From: Hormiphora californensis
Lineage: Eukaryota; Animalia; Ctenophora
Direction of reading: 5' to 3'
NCBI GenBank assembly: GCA_020137815.1
Contig: CM035357.1
Coordinates: forward strand, 5,456,001-5,520,000
Length of the DNA: 64,000 nucleotides
The notes under the pieces were generated by a model. The model had not been told where the DNA came from and did not search any database. It worked only from the letters and a program-made list of their open reading frames with translations. The position numbers and the translations under genes are program-made. Below, in pieces: positions 1 to 42,301 of this stretch. Within the stretch, counting starts at the first letter, position 1. Every line of letters begins with the position of its first letter.

Positions 1-1774
1 TTTTTGGGTCTGTAAACAACGACAAATACCTCAAAATCGCTGGAAAGTTGGGAAATTATAAAAACATGTAAGAAAATGGGAAGATAGGAAAGAGAATAGA
101 GAAAGGGATGATATAATACAGTAAAAGGTTTTGGAAGGTGGAGATGGGAGAAGGGGGGGAGAATTAATAGAAAGCTAATAACAAGTGTACACAAGTAATG
201 AACCATACCACAAGTTCAGTCCAGGATATTTATACGCTGTGTATTTTAAATCTACTCAAATATCAATTAATGCAGCCGAAAGGCACTACATCATGTGCGG
301 AAGGGAACCTGAGAGCGCTGATGGAGAGAGAGAGAGAGAGCGAGAGGGAGAGAGAAAGATATTTGTACGACTCAGAACGAGAGAGAAAGTGACATAATGG
401 AACAAGCTATGAGAGTGAGAGGAAAAAGCTTTGAATATTTTTACGTTTTTTAGACAAGTATAAAACATAGAACTTCCCCAAACTCAGAAAACAAAAAAAC
501 AGGAGAGGGAAAAGATTGGAGGGTGTGAAAAATAAAATTAAAATGCCAGTGCCATATGTGAGGCTTATTATGTGCTGTGGATATAATATGATATTCACCA
601 TCACGCGGATATATCTAAACTCTGATATTTTTCAATTCTCTCCTTTTCACTTTCTTCCGGTGTTTCTAGGTCATATATCTTTACCCCTATATTTTCCTGA
701 TACTTTTATTGTTCTAGTTCAGTAAATCGTACTCAACTAGGGGCTTCTGCCGTTTTACTAGCGTTCCTAAGAAAACACTCCATTATTTTTCACATACACC
801 TGTTTACTCGCAATTCTCTTTTTTTTTCTCTCTCTCCCTCTCTCTCTCTCTCTATCTCTCTCTCCCTCACTTTTTCTCTCTCTCTCTGCCCTTTTGTTGT
901 ATATCCGCTTGGCGCGAGAGAGAGGTCTGATTTAACGTGTGCTAGTTACTACATGGAGAGGGGCCCTAGTAGGAAATGCAACAACATACACGCAACTGCA
1001 GGGTGGGTCTGACTACAGAGCTCCACACATCTCCCTATATTACCAAATAGTACTGTTAGGACTTAGGAGGCATGGGAAACAGCAAGGATAAAGATACTAG
1101 TTGACTCGTTTAAACTCGTTTAAACTCCTGGATCGTGCGGCCTAAAGATATAGACAAGCAGGTTGATTGTAGATCGGCATACCGAATCGACATGAAGATA
1201 AAGAGAAATGAACATTTAGCCTGGGTTAGAAATTGATCTGTGTTTGATATAAGCGACAATTTAAATTGTAACGACAAAGACCGTTGATAACGTTTCATCT
1301 GGAGAAGGGGAGCACTTCGCAATTAGTAACATGCACTAATTAGCCAGGTTTATCTCAGTATGTACCCATTACCCCACCCTCATTATATATATTACTGGGT
1401 CAACTCCCTTCATCAGCCCTAATTCAAGTCTTAATCCAAGTTCCCTAATCCTTAATCACTTTGGCAGTAGCCATAAATCCCTGAAACAGTCCCCTCTTTG
1501 TAAAGCAGGTTTATAATACTTAGGATTTGGGTAGCCTATTTCCCAGCTATAGTATCGTCCCCCTATCGTCCCTAATCAATCCCCTTTACCCTCTTTCCCA
1601 GCAGCATTTGCGCACTAATCCCTAATTTCCTAATCAACCAATTCCCACTTCCCTATATTAGTTCAGTGTAACAGTTACATACTCATTTCTTAATCACCTA
1701 GTTCCCTATTTTAGCCCTCTGAACACTAATTCCTAACTCCCCAAGCAACTAGTGCCCTAATTCCCTAAACTTAC

Positions 1775-3713
1775 CAGGGCGGGAACATCCGGTATCTCAT
1801 CGTGGAAGGAAACCTTGTTCCGCATGTCCGAGTACTTGGCAGGGGCAGAGTAGTCATGGAAGGAGGAGTAGCGGGTATCGTAACTGCGACTCTGTAACAA
1901 CAATATCTAGTGAGGCGAGGTTAGTACATGTACGAAGAGGAGGGGGGAGGTTTAGTTCACTAAAAGGTTCACAGGATCATGAATATCGAAGAATACACGA
2001 TTATTTGGACGAAATCAATTCTAATTCTATGAGTTTATCGTGTGTCCAGTGTCCACTGTCCACCCACTTAGACCCAGAGTTAAGTACAGGGCTGCAAATG
2101 AGCATGTATCTGCAGCGGTGACCAGGGCGTGTTCATGTGGTTGGTGGAGCAATGGTACATGTGCTATTGTTTTAGCTGTATGCTATTTTCTATCACAGAC
2201 AAACAGACAAACAGGCTCACTCCATGTATCTCTCTCCCCCCTCTCTCTCTCCCTCTCTCTCTCTCTTTCTTTCCCACACACAAGGTGTATGTCAACACAC
2301 GCTCACTAGATTGACATTTGATCCAACACATCAAAACACTGATGACTACATCATATGTTGTTGTACACAGGGGGATCGAGTGGAGATGAAGTTGTTGAGA
2401 CGATTTACATCTAATTGTTGTTACTGATTAGTTACATCTGATTGCTGTTACTGATTAGTTGTACATCTAGACCACATAGAAATTATCATCACGACAACTA
2501 AGACAAACTGCGTACGGAGGAAAACGAACTGCTAAGACTCCGCTCCAAAGCCTCAGAAGCTGTTTGGCGTCTTAGGCTGTTTCGAGATGCCGATAAAGTA
2601 CGGAGAAGGGGAGATGTTGAGGAGGGTGATAGTTGGGAGAAATAACCGGAAATGACCTGGCCAACCTTGATAGAAAGAAATTGAAGCAAAAACTCGAACG
2701 GAGATCTGGTCGCTATATACTTGAAGCGTTTGTGAAGGCAAAATTACTACTACTTTCTCTCCATGAAAGTGTAAAACCATCACTGTTTATCTTGTTAATG
2801 TAAATACCTGTTTCAACTTTTCACTAATGTTAGACCTATCAGTGGAGGGCGGGACGTTAGTAGCGGGTATGTCAGGTAGCATCTCATTGCTACTATCAAG
2901 ATTTGATATGTTCTCTATTAGACCTCCCTAGGGGATTACAGGTGTCAAGCAGGGGATTAAAACTAGGAAAACTTGGAGGAGAGGGAGAGAGAGAGAGAGA
3001 GAGAGGGAGTGAGATAGAGAGAGAATGAAAGATAGAGAATGAAGTGTGAGGAAGACAATTGTTAAAAAGGGTATGACATTAACATATGTCAACTATGACT
3101 AGACTCTGCAATACCTTTGTTGGAAGATTTATAAGCGTGATCAGTTGACAACTTCCCCATTGGGTCGGTATTCTCCTGCTGCTGTTTAGCCTCCTGCTGG
3201 CTATCCTCCATCACCGAGGGTGTCTCCTGGAGAGAGGGGTATTGTGAGGGTTTCAAAAAACAATAATTGTCACAAGATTCCACACATCTACCATGCAGAG
3301 ATATATATGAGATGCGAGTGAACTGTATAATTATATAATGTACCAGGTCAAGTGACTCATAAAGGAGTGTAGACTGGTTGAGAAGTTGGGAGATTGTAAT
3401 GGTGGGAGGCCCGGAATGTCCCCGACCCCTGACATGAACCACGCTCTGCTCCAGATCAACCAGGATCTCATCCATTTCTAGCAATGCTTCCTCCATGGTG
3501 AAGAGGTGGAAATAAGGGATTTTCCAGACGAGAAAGAGGGATTTTCCAGACGAGAAAGAGGGATTTTCCAGACGAGAACAAGGGATTTTCCAGACGAGAA
3601 TGAGGGATTTTCCAGAGAGATTGGAATAGGCCGGAGAAATGCGTCGAGGGTAGTGACGAGGACAAGCAAAGCACACACGCAGACGAGGATTACAAATAGG
3701 ATGACAGTTAGTG

Positions 3714-3797
<84 letters not shown>

Positions 3798-6490
3798 CAG
3801 TGTGACAAGGTAGATCATAGCTGAATAAATGCTACTGCTACAGAACTACGAGCCACGGCAAGAATTTACCGAGTAGCAGTAAAAGATCCGCACAACAACG
3901 AAAGAGAGAACGGAGAATAGTGAAGAATGAAGTTATACAAATTAAAAACGACAGCAGAACCTTGTGTGCAAATATATATATATATGTATTAGGTAATATA
4001 TTATATATATATGAGAAGAGGAGGGGGATGAAATGTCACCTAAAAATCCCCAAAAAAGGATAAAAATTGGCTCTGCTATTTAAAAGTTAGACTACCAAAC
4101 TGGCTGTTTCCAAAATAGCATTGGAGGGAAAGAGAGAGAGGGGGATGTGAGTGAAACTTCTTGTCCTATCAAAAAAAGGCAAATATAGCCATTTTATTTC
4201 AAACATGTCAAAATTATGCCGAGAAATCTCACTCAAGTAAAACACAAGCACACACACGTGAGAGGTACACAACTGACACACTACTATATTTAACACACCT
4301 CTCCTTGTGGGACTGGCCTCCTCTTCAGCGTGGCTGGTTTCGCAGCAACAGGAGGGGGCATCTTCCCTTGTCGATTGGGCCGGACACTGCTATTCATAGA
4401 CGGTTTAACAGCGTATGGGGATATCGGGGGTGGGTTGGAGTTGAGACTTCGCCGATCGAGGGTTGCCGTTGTGGAAACTAACACCTCTTCGTGGTTACTG
4501 ATCTCGTCAGACAGGGGTTGTTGGTTGCGTCGGGCAATCGGCTGGGGGAGGGGGCACACTATATCAAATCTGTAGGCTTTATGTGTGCTTATATGCGAAA
4601 AGAGATGCTGTGTGTGCTATATGACATCGAGAGTTTTCCATTAGCAGTGGTAGCTTTCATGAGACGAGAAAAAGGGGGCAGCATTTTCAAACACTTTCTA
4701 TATTAAATGTACAAAAGAAAACGCATTATGAAAACTGTAATTAATAGCGATAAGTTTCCCGCCACCCCGATATGTATATAAAACAAGCCCAACAAGGTCC
4801 CATATGGTCACGGTCAAAAAGTCTGCTGAAAATCGATATACTTTTGAATTTACTCAATCGTGGATAAGATCCTCTCCATGGACAAATTTTTTGAACTCAA
4901 CCCACTCAAAATTGTTCAAATTTTATTAATCTGAAAAGTCCAATATAATTGCTTTATCTGTTTCTCTGTAATCAGCACTTAAAAAGTGTGGATAACAAAT
5001 CGTGTGGATAACGGGCTCAACCGCATGATGATCGTGCTAGCAATATGAAATTTTAGTATACACAAGAATGGGTACTCACAATATGAATTATTTTGGTTTT
5101 ATCTATTTTTTTACTCAACTTGTGTGGATAACATCAGTTTCCATCATAAATCGTTACTCAACCGTATGAAAAAGAGTACATTTGGTATTTATTTCGGGTT
5201 TATTGGCTAGGGCTAACATTTTTCTTGGAAAATAAGCTTTCACTTTAACAAAAGGATAACTCAACCGGTGTGGATAACCATTTTTGTATCCTTTGGTCAG
5301 CATTAGACATTTCGATTCTCATTTATCCACATCGATTGAGTAAGTTATATCACCAGGAAATTACATGTAGAGACTAACCTCAACCAACAAGGACAGTTTC
5401 CGAGCAAAAATTAACTCATCATATCAACCGGTGTGGATAACGTCTCTTTACTGTTTAGAAGATTTTAGCAGAAAATCGAAGTTATCCACACTTGTTGAGT
5501 ATCGAATTGGAGCTAATCTAGCTTGTCCATCGATAAGGTATCGATTAGGAATATTTCACAAGTTGAGTAACCAAAATTGTGGATAATTTACGCATCTTCA
5601 AGTTTGGGAGGCTGTGTATCCACAATGGTTGAGTAAAACTTGCTCAACCGTATGTGACGAGGTTCCCACAACAATTATAATATTGCAGTTATCCACAAAA
5701 TGGAGTTATAATAGTTACAAAGATTACTCAACCAGGTGGATATTCTTAAAACTTGTGTTTTTATCCACACTGGTTGAGCAATTGATTTAATTATTTAAAA
5801 TTAAAATAATTTAAACATATTTTGACCTGCTTACAAAATTATAAGTTTCTAGAAGGTGTCTAAGTGGTCTAAAAATTGGTTTCAATAATTTTGGTCGATT
5901 TTTCGAAACCCAAAATATCGAAATTTCAGCAGACTTTTTGACCGTGACCATATTTCAAAAGAAAACCACATGCACAAAACGACACATAGAAGCGGAGGAG
6001 AAGCTCAATTAGCTGTTGCTAGTTACAGGGGATGATTTCTCGCTCTTACCGCGGATTGAACACCGTTTGATTTGGTGGAATGGTCCTGAGCGGTGCAGCG
6101 GTTACAGGGTTAGAGAGGGGGAGAAGAATAACCACACATGCACTAATACGGAGAGAGAGAAATACACATGCACATGAAGGTCATATTACTGGGCTGATAA
6201 AATGGGAGAGAGAGAGGGGAGAGATACAGTGGGAGAGGGGGTGAGTGTGAGAGAAAGAGAGAGGGAGAGAGAAAGATAGAGGGGGAGAAAGAGAAAGAGA
6301 GAGGGGGAGAGAGATACCAAAGATCAGGGAATGGTACAAAGAGAAGACAAAGAATAGCGAGCAAAACTTTTATGACATCCTTGGTATACCACATGCATGA
6401 TCTCCATCTCATTTTATATCACTCTCCAATCTCCACGTGGTTCTCATCTCTTTTTATTGCTTTTATTGAGAGAGAGTGAGAGAGATAGAA

Positions 6491-6552
<62 letters not shown>

Positions 6553-7605
6553 AGATTTTGCAAGTATATACCCGCCTGCCCCTGATACTCATCAACAACA
6601 ACATCTCTCCTCACCTGTAGCCTCATGAGAGAGATAATATCTCCATCTGGAGGTTTCTTCCATACTGTCTGCTTGGTCGTGTTGTTGTGGTAGTAGTTCT
6701 TACCACTTTGAGCGTCATACAGCTCCCACCACTGATTATCAGACCTTGCTTTCCTGAAAATATAGTTACATTCATGGGTGACCCAGCTTTCACGACTAGC
6801 AGAGATCGTAATATCGTGTTTAGTTATCTCTTGGGTTTCCATAGTTCAGAAACCATATATAACATGGTCTGATGAAACTATTTGAGATTGAATTATATAG
6901 ACAGTTAGATTAGCAGATTATAGTTCCCACTACCCTTGGGCACGTCGCTTGGTGCCCGCTTGGTGCTACGCAGCCAACTACTACCCAGGATAAGGAGATA
7001 CATTTTGTATAAAAGTGCAGGTTAAGCGGTGGGTGAGTAGGTGTTATAGAGATCCCCATGGGAGTCAATATATGCAACACGCCAATGCTGCAGCTGTCAG
7101 TTCTTATAGTAGGTTTTACTCTTTCATTAACATAACTAGTAGGTTTTACTCTTTCATTAAACAATTGAGTAACAGTTTGGGTAGAGAGAGAATGAAAACT
7201 GGAAAGTTAATGAGAACGCAAAAGAACAAGAAAACCCAAGAGAGACAGAGAGGAATACAGAGAGATCTCTAGAGAGAGAGAGAAAGAGAATCAGATGCAG
7301 AAGTAAACCCCCAAAACTCACACAGTAGCTCCGAGCGGTGCATCCCATCGGCATTCTCCCGTCTGAGTATTGGCAAACATCGGTTCGCCCGACTTGGGGC
7401 AGGTTATTTCTACCCATTCAGCTCTGAAAAAGAAATGATAATCATTTATAAGTTTGAGAGGATCAGAGGAACTTGTAAGAATTGGGGGATTGATAATCAG
7501 TTCACGGAACTCGAAAGGCGGTAAGTGTCAAGGATGACAGTCACAACACCTCTGAAATTCTCCTGACAGTGACAACACCTTCTCCTCTACTTACTCTGAA
7601 GCCAT
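1775..7605 (-). CDS. ARHGAP39: Rho GTPase-activating protein 39 (Vilse/CrGAP) homologue, 5' part; gene probably continues left of the window
   Basis: GT-AG exons 7595-7605 (MASE), 7322-7423 (AEWVEITCPKSGEPMFANTQTGECRWDAPLGATV) and 6615-6753 (KARSDNQWWELYDAQSGKNYYHNNTTKQTVWKKPPDGDIISLMRLQ) give the tandem WW N-terminus characteristic of ARHGAP39. Further candidate low-complexity exons: 6050-6085, 4299-4541, ~3115-3228, ~2808-2927, 1775-1891. MyTH4/RhoGAP domains not seen in the window. Confidence 0.85.
3516..3615. repeat. 22-bp minisatellite (gggattttccagacgagaaaga), about 5 copies
   Basis: Units start at 3516, 3538, 3560, 3582, 3604. Confidence 0.9.
4806..5949. mobile_element. Non-autonomous DNA transposon with ~25-30 bp TIRs and many internal TTATCCACA/ACTCAAC motifs
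   Basis: TIR GGTCACGGTCAAAAAGTCTGCTGAAA at both ends; ATAT on both flanks (4802-4805, 5950-5953), compatible with a 4-bp AT-rich or TA target duplication; no ORF. Confidence 0.85.
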
Positions 7606-9905
7606 ACCAAGGCATCCCAATAATTTTAATCCCTATAGCCCATCACTACAGGGGGTGGGGAATGTGTTAAAATTTGACATGACAATTAACGGAAGTTGCA
7701 ACCGTAGAAGGACATTTTGAGGAATCATATAATCAATATATTATGTGTGTGCCAGATGGTGTGATAGATTGTAGGGCTTTATATGGGTATAAAAACGGCA
7801 AAGTAGTTTATCAATCATCATATTCATGGAAAGAATTATATTTCACGCCATATAATGACAAACGACAGCGTACGGGTGGGCTGAAAAATGTTGAGAGGGC
7901 AGCGTTACAAAACATTATGAAATTGGTGTTAGATCTTTGTAAAGGTAATGTGTGTATAATGGGGATTGGAAAGATGTTCTGACCTACTGGCAACGACGAT
8001 TAGAAAAATAATATGAAATAAATTATCAACTGGAACTCATCAAATCGAGCCCCAGAGCTTGTCAGGCACTGACTGTAACATCACACACGCTACTCGATTT
8101 ACAGGCCCCAAACCCTGATTTGTAACAAAGATGCACATGCGGCGTGTTTTACACTTTTTACACTCTTCAAAACCCTTGTTTTGGGGTTTCAGAAAATGAG
8201 AGACACGTTCATACGCGATAGCACTTGAGCATATAAGTAGACCCTAGATGGGGTAAGACTGTCTTCGCTACACGAGGCCGCTACATAGAGAGGACAGTCT
8301 TATATGAGACAACCCGGAGCACATTCCCAACAGCACCAAAAAATCTCGACCCCCACTAGGGCTTGCAGCCCATGGGCCCTGCTTGCGGGGGGCTCCGCCC
8401 CTTCTCCACCGCCCCCCCCCCCAATCTAAATGGGCGGACGCGGCTTTAAGCCTCCCACCACCCATGGGTACCATTGTTAGAGACTGGTTAGTAAAGACCA
8501 GTTATTTAAAACTCCTTTAAGATACAACTTTTGAACGTTTTACGGCATAATGGAGGCCCGAAGACGTGTTCCGACGTTTACCCGATTCAATCGGGCCGAT
8601 TGCGACACACATTGAGCAGTAATCTGTATCGTGTGTGATTGCTACCCGCATTTCAGTAATGCAGCGCAAAAAAATTTTTGAGCTGTAATCTGTATCGTGT
8701 GTGCAACTTGCAAACCGTTTCGAAATCTCTCCAAACATCAGTCGAGTGATGTCTTGTTCAAACCCTCTTTATTTTGCGGGGTGTGGGGAAACAGGGTCGA
8801 GCAAGGCAAGAGATTCCGTCAAAAAATGCGTGTACGTGTCGATGCATAGCTATGCAGCCGGCCAATATGACGGTCGCCGGAGTACCACGTTGATGCCACC
8901 ACCGTTATTTGATTCAGACATGAAGTAGGGACTACCCAATAACGAATTCTAAATCTTATTTTAAATCGTGCTACTCCGTTGGCTGTCTTCGCTGCTATTT
9001 GAAAGTACATTTTGGAGTATTTTGAGCCTCATTATGTCACCAAAGCTTATGCCAGAATATGAAAATGAAATAAAGTGACCAAACAAGTATAAATAGGTCT
9101 GTTTAAGAGGTCAAGGGACGCGGAAAGGCAAAAAACGGACCGACACGAGAAACGAAACTCGAAAGTTTTCAAAAAACTTTCGAGTTGAAAATTTTTAAGT
9201 TTGAGAAATGCAAATTAAATGGCGGCGCGCGATTTGATACGCGCAAATGAATTTCGCGCAGCGTCGAATTGAAAACACCGCATCATATCAATATCATTAA
9301 AAAATACCTCTCTTTTTACCAAGAGATATGATCGTGTCAATGCCTTGTTTCTTGAAAACTGTGAGATACCTAGAGGAGTACCTCTCCCTTAATTTGGGGA
9401 GGCTCTAAAACCTCGAGCTACAATTCGTTAAAAGGAGATATTTTGCTAACATAGGCAATAGTATACAACAATATAACATCAATATACACCCACATAAACT
9501 TGATGCGTAATCAACATAAACACTTCTAATAAACTCGTTTTCGGAGAACCAGCTCGCATTCATAAATAGTTCAAACATTCAACCAGCGTTTCAGAACGCT
9601 CTCACGACAACCATGCAAGAAAATGTTTTTATAAACTCATAATTTTTGCCCGTAAACGGTAAATTAATAAACGTAGGGAAATGGAGTATAATGGAAATTC
9701 CATTGGAATATTTAGCGATTGTAACACATTAATGCAACCCCAAAAAACCCAAATGTTCACATTATACACACACTCACACTGCACACACACGACCGATTCT
9801 TAGCCAAGCCAACTGCAGCACACTGCCGAAGTATCCATTCAAAGGATGCCCAATTTGAGTAGGGGGCTTTGTATATAATATTCTCTCCGCGTAAAATCTT
9901 CCCTG

Positions 9906-38645
<28,740 letters not shown>

Positions 38646-39271
38646 ATGGATCCTGAGAAGCGGAGGGAGGAGTTTTATATTGGGTGGGGTCAAAAAGGGA
38701 CCACTTATAGCTTTTAAAAGAAATTCACAGTATTTAAGATCGCTATGGCACTTTATGTATTCAGCGGGAGATAGAGAGACAGAGAAGAGAAAGAGATAGA
38801 AAGGAGCTTAAAAAGTAGAATATGAGGCAGAAACAGCTAGAAATTGCTAAAAAGCAGAGATAGAAAGAACGAAATAAGATAGAAAAGGCTAGAAAATTGA
38901 ATTAGATCATCACTAACCTGAATTGACTGTAGTTTCACGGCCATGCAACGTACAACCTATAAACCTAGTGGTAAATAAGTTAGAAGGAGGGAGAGATATG
39001 ATTAACGAAATAAGGGTACACTGTATGGTGAATAAATAATGATAAGTGTCAGTTAATAAAATAAAAAATAAACTAATATCACACACTCTCAATCCCAATT
39101 ATAGGTCAGATCTTTATACGACAGTATATTAAAGTATGGTATCACATACTCTCAAGCCACGTCGTCAAAACATCGCAGTACCGCAGTACATCAGACGAAG
39201 CAATCCCTTGCCACCAGCAATTCTATAACCAGGGAGACATCTCGGAACAACCCAAACCAAACTAGCTCCAA

Positions 39272-40600
39272 TCACGCAGAACCAGACACTTGGTAGTACA
39301 GAGTACCACACAACTTCACCACAGTAGACAGAGAGAGACACCACCAAAGTAGATAACTACTGGTACTAGCTAGGAAGTTAGAGGTGAACACTCCCCTGAA
39401 CCCCTCGACCCTCTCAGGAGCGTTGTGTAGGGAGAATATTAGGAGACAGAATTGGAGCATGAGAACCACTGGTGTTAAGATCTGGAGTACCACAACACTA
39501 CTATACTGGAATATGTAGGCTATCTTTTTCTGGACTAGAGAGTGGTCTATCCTTCCTGCTTCCTTTCTCAGGTTGACCATGTAGACCGCAGCAGAGTCAA
39601 GATGACATGCTAGATAGAGACGGAGGGTTGCTATACGGGATATCAATACCGCACACACTAGACCAATACGGAGATAGTAGAACTGTCCAGCTGTAAGGTT
39701 AGTTTGGGCAGTAATATGGTCCTGGGCCAGGGGTTTAATCCACAGTAGAGAGACGAGGAGGGGTGCAATGAGATTAAAATGAATAAGGAGGGACTGTAGG
39801 CGACCTAGGAGGGTACTAGTTTCCTCTTTTGTGTCCAGTAGAGTACTAGCAAGGGCTCCGAATCTAAAGGAGGGAAATGTTAGAAGTACACCAAGGACTG
39901 CTGATAGAACTATCAGGATGCCTTTGAATGCCTTGACAGATGGCAGATTGATGTCTTGGAAAGAGCTGTTAGCCGCGTAACTTGTGAACTCCGTCAAAAA
40001 CTCCTCATACCCCTCCTCCAGACCAAAATCTATAAATTCCTTCTTAGCCATTCCAATACCGAGTGCAGCAGTGAGAGAGAGAAAGGCAGTTAGGCCACAC
40101 AAATTCCGTTCAGCAGCTCCTATACTCAGGTACACCCCCACCATGTAGATTAGAAACTTGAAGACAAAGAATACCAACACCATACTCCAAATATAACTGA
40201 GATGTAGATCGGTACTTTTGGTGAAACCCAGAGACACCGATACCTCAGTAACTAGGTAGATCATGAGGGTGGCTATTGTTAGCAGCACCGTCATATCAAT
40301 ATCCTCCAAATTGGGTAGTTTACAGATTTGGAGATGGGAGGTTATCTTGCCCAACTTTAACGGTATATCACTGTCTTTAGGGATGGTGAACTCAGATAGT
40401 GGTTCTCCTTTGCCCTTTTTGCGCTTGTTATGTTCCCTGTACGCTGTGCTGAACTCCCCCAACTGTGCCGTGAACGGTGGGATAGTAAACTGGAGGTTGT
40501 AGAATATTATCAAGGCGTAGGAATATTTGGAGAAGATTTTAGCGATGAAAAGCCCAATGATCAGGGTTGATAAGAGGTGGATCCCGAATAGCATTGCCAT
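39272..40600 (-). CDS. TMEM161: Transmembrane protein 161 homologue, single exon
   Basis: MAMLFGIHLLSTL...FTIPKDSDIPL...AERNLC...FIDFGLEEGY...LTFPSFR...LLWIKPLA...LRKEAGRI...VVLQILTP...YLLWW: TMEM161 family signatures; ATG follows a tttcag acceptor. Confidence 0.9.
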   Translation of the reverse strand: MAMLFGIHLLSTLIIGLFIAKIFSKYSYALIIFYNLQFTIPPFTAQLGEFSTAYREHNKRKKGKGEPLSEFTIPKDSDIPLKLGKITSHLQICKLPNLEDIDMTVLLTIATLMIYLVTEVSVSLGFTKSTDLHLSYIWSMVLVFFVFKFLIYMVGVYLSIGAAERNLCGLTAFLSLTAALGIGMAKKEFIDFGLEEGYEEFLTEFTSYAANSSFQDINLPSVKAFKGILIVLSAVLGVLLTFPSFRFGALASTLLDTKEETSTLLGRLQSLLIHFNLIAPLLVSLLWIKPLAQDHITAQTNLTAGQFYYLRIGLVCAVLISRIATLRLYLACHLDSAAVYMVNLRKEAGRIDHSLVQKKIAYIFQYSSVVVLQILTPVVLMLQFCLLIFSLHNAPERVEGFRGVFTSNFLASTSSYLLWWCLSLSTVVKLCGTLYYQVSGSA

Positions 40601-40867
40601 GTTTACGAGAGCTGAAAGAAATTTTGGGTAAAAATACATAGAGGGAATTGTGTAATGTGTAGCTCACGCTGCATGCTCTATGAGCTGGTTCGGCAGAGCC
40701 AAGGTAATGCCTTATAAGGGGGACAGGGAATACTAGATGTAGTAAAGAAGAGATCACGTTTTTACGTCACAGTTTCATTATAATAACACTTATAAAATGT
40801 AATAAATTAACTCTCTATCCCTGTGGCGAGGTGGGCATTGTTAGTCCGTGTTGAGCTCATTCCCATC

Positions 40868-41908
40868 TCATCTCAAACACGGCTCGAGCACTTTCCAAAC
40901 CTCCCCATCTATGAAGTCTCTTATCTCATCCTTAGTACACCACCTCCCCTTCTCCTCCTCCTCCATCTCTCCTCCCAGATACCGAGCCTTCAGGTAAAAC
41001 GTCTTCTCCCCGTGTAGCTGGGTGTGCTCCCGATACCTCCTACTGTACTTGTTCACACTGACACTAATTGGAATCCTGCCAACTTGGTTCTCGCACTGAA
41101 CCAGACCCTCCACCGCATCCACAAGGGACCGCTCCTTATCCACCCATTTAGAGGGAAATCCCCACTTTTCATCATCCTTGTTGAACCAGTAAATACCGTG
41201 GTTTGGATGACTGTTTCTTAGTTTGGACTGGAATATACAGGTCGTTACGGACCTCGGTAACCTAACCCCAACTCATCTGATTTCGTCCACGGTTCTAACA
41301 GATCGTACTTGTGTTTAGGCACAAACATCCGTTCTCTCTCTTCCACGGCTTTCTCCTTTACTTTCTCCCATGTGGACCTCGAAATCATTCAAAACGGACC
41401 GTTCAGTTGCCAGTGTGTCCCTGTAAGCGTAGTATTTGGAGAGGTGTTCCGGGGGAGAGGGCTGGCAGTCGGGTGCTCGCTCCAACACCAGTGAACTCGC
41501 AACCTGGGGTGGAGGGAGAGAGGAGTTAGATTTAGATTCAAGATTGTTCGAAACACTCTTTTCACATCCCTAGTTAGACTGGTTTTAGGGTACAAAGATC
41601 CACTTTGTAAATTGCTAATGGACAGCTCAGTGGACACCCACGCTGCTAGTGCAGTAGTCTGTGTACACTGTACAGTGCCATTACCCCGTAACACTTTTAT
41701 AGAGTATACTAGCTACCTATAGTCTGTCTTAGACTCTTCCCATCTCCCCTCTCTCTCCCTCACTCCCTCTTCCTTTAGTCTCTCGCCCCCTCCATTTCTT
41801 TAAATCACTCCGTCTACATCTCAACTGTACCTTCCACTGCTGAGCGAGACAGAGCGACGTTGTAGAGAGGGACCGTGCAGGAGTGAGGAGGAAACTTCCA
41901 CCTTTCAT
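40868..41908 (-). CDS. MRPL46: Mitochondrial ribosomal protein L46-like (apparent frameshifts)
   Basis: Presequence-like exon 41831-41908 (MKGGSFLLTPARSLYNVALSRS), then SLVLERAP...ERSVLNDFE...KWGFP...KTFYLKARYLGG...WCTKDEI, resembling MRPL46. Confidence 0.68.
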
Positions 41909-42301
41909 ACTAGAAATAAATCAGAGTACTGTGAGGGCTTAAACACCAAATTGATACAATGAGAGAGTTAGAAACTTCAAAAATATAAACTCAAAGATGT
42001 GTTAGATTAGAAGGAATGATACATATAGAAAACACTGAAAACCTACTCACAAACATATCAATACCACAGGGCCACTTGTAATAAATTAATCATTGCATTT
42101 GAGGAAAGGGAAAGGCTGTAAAAACACCAACTTTTAGGAATAGGGTCACGCCAAAACTACTTCCTTAATCCTACATTACAGAGAATCTTGAATGTTCATG
42201 TAAAATCCGTTATCTCATAATTTATTTTCAGGGGAATTCTTGCCTTGCTCGACCTTGTCTCACCACGTTTCAACAGGCCAAGATAATTCCCGCACTGCCA
42301 A

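Noticed and set aside
2495-2646. Fragment resembling a LINE ORF1 C-terminus (EENELLRLRSKASEAVWRLR)
   Set aside because: Too short and degenerate to assign.
3516-3615. Five GGGATTTTCC NF-kB-like sites
   Set aside because: Explained by a 22-bp minisatellite; no independent support for regulatory function.
4987-5769. Bacterial oriC or contamination
   Set aside because: Bounded by TIRs and TSD within a spliced gene's intron; no bacterial genes nearby.
7743-7982. 79-aa plus-strand ORF with protein-like composition
   Set aside because: No recognisable motif or splice context; cannot be supported without a search.
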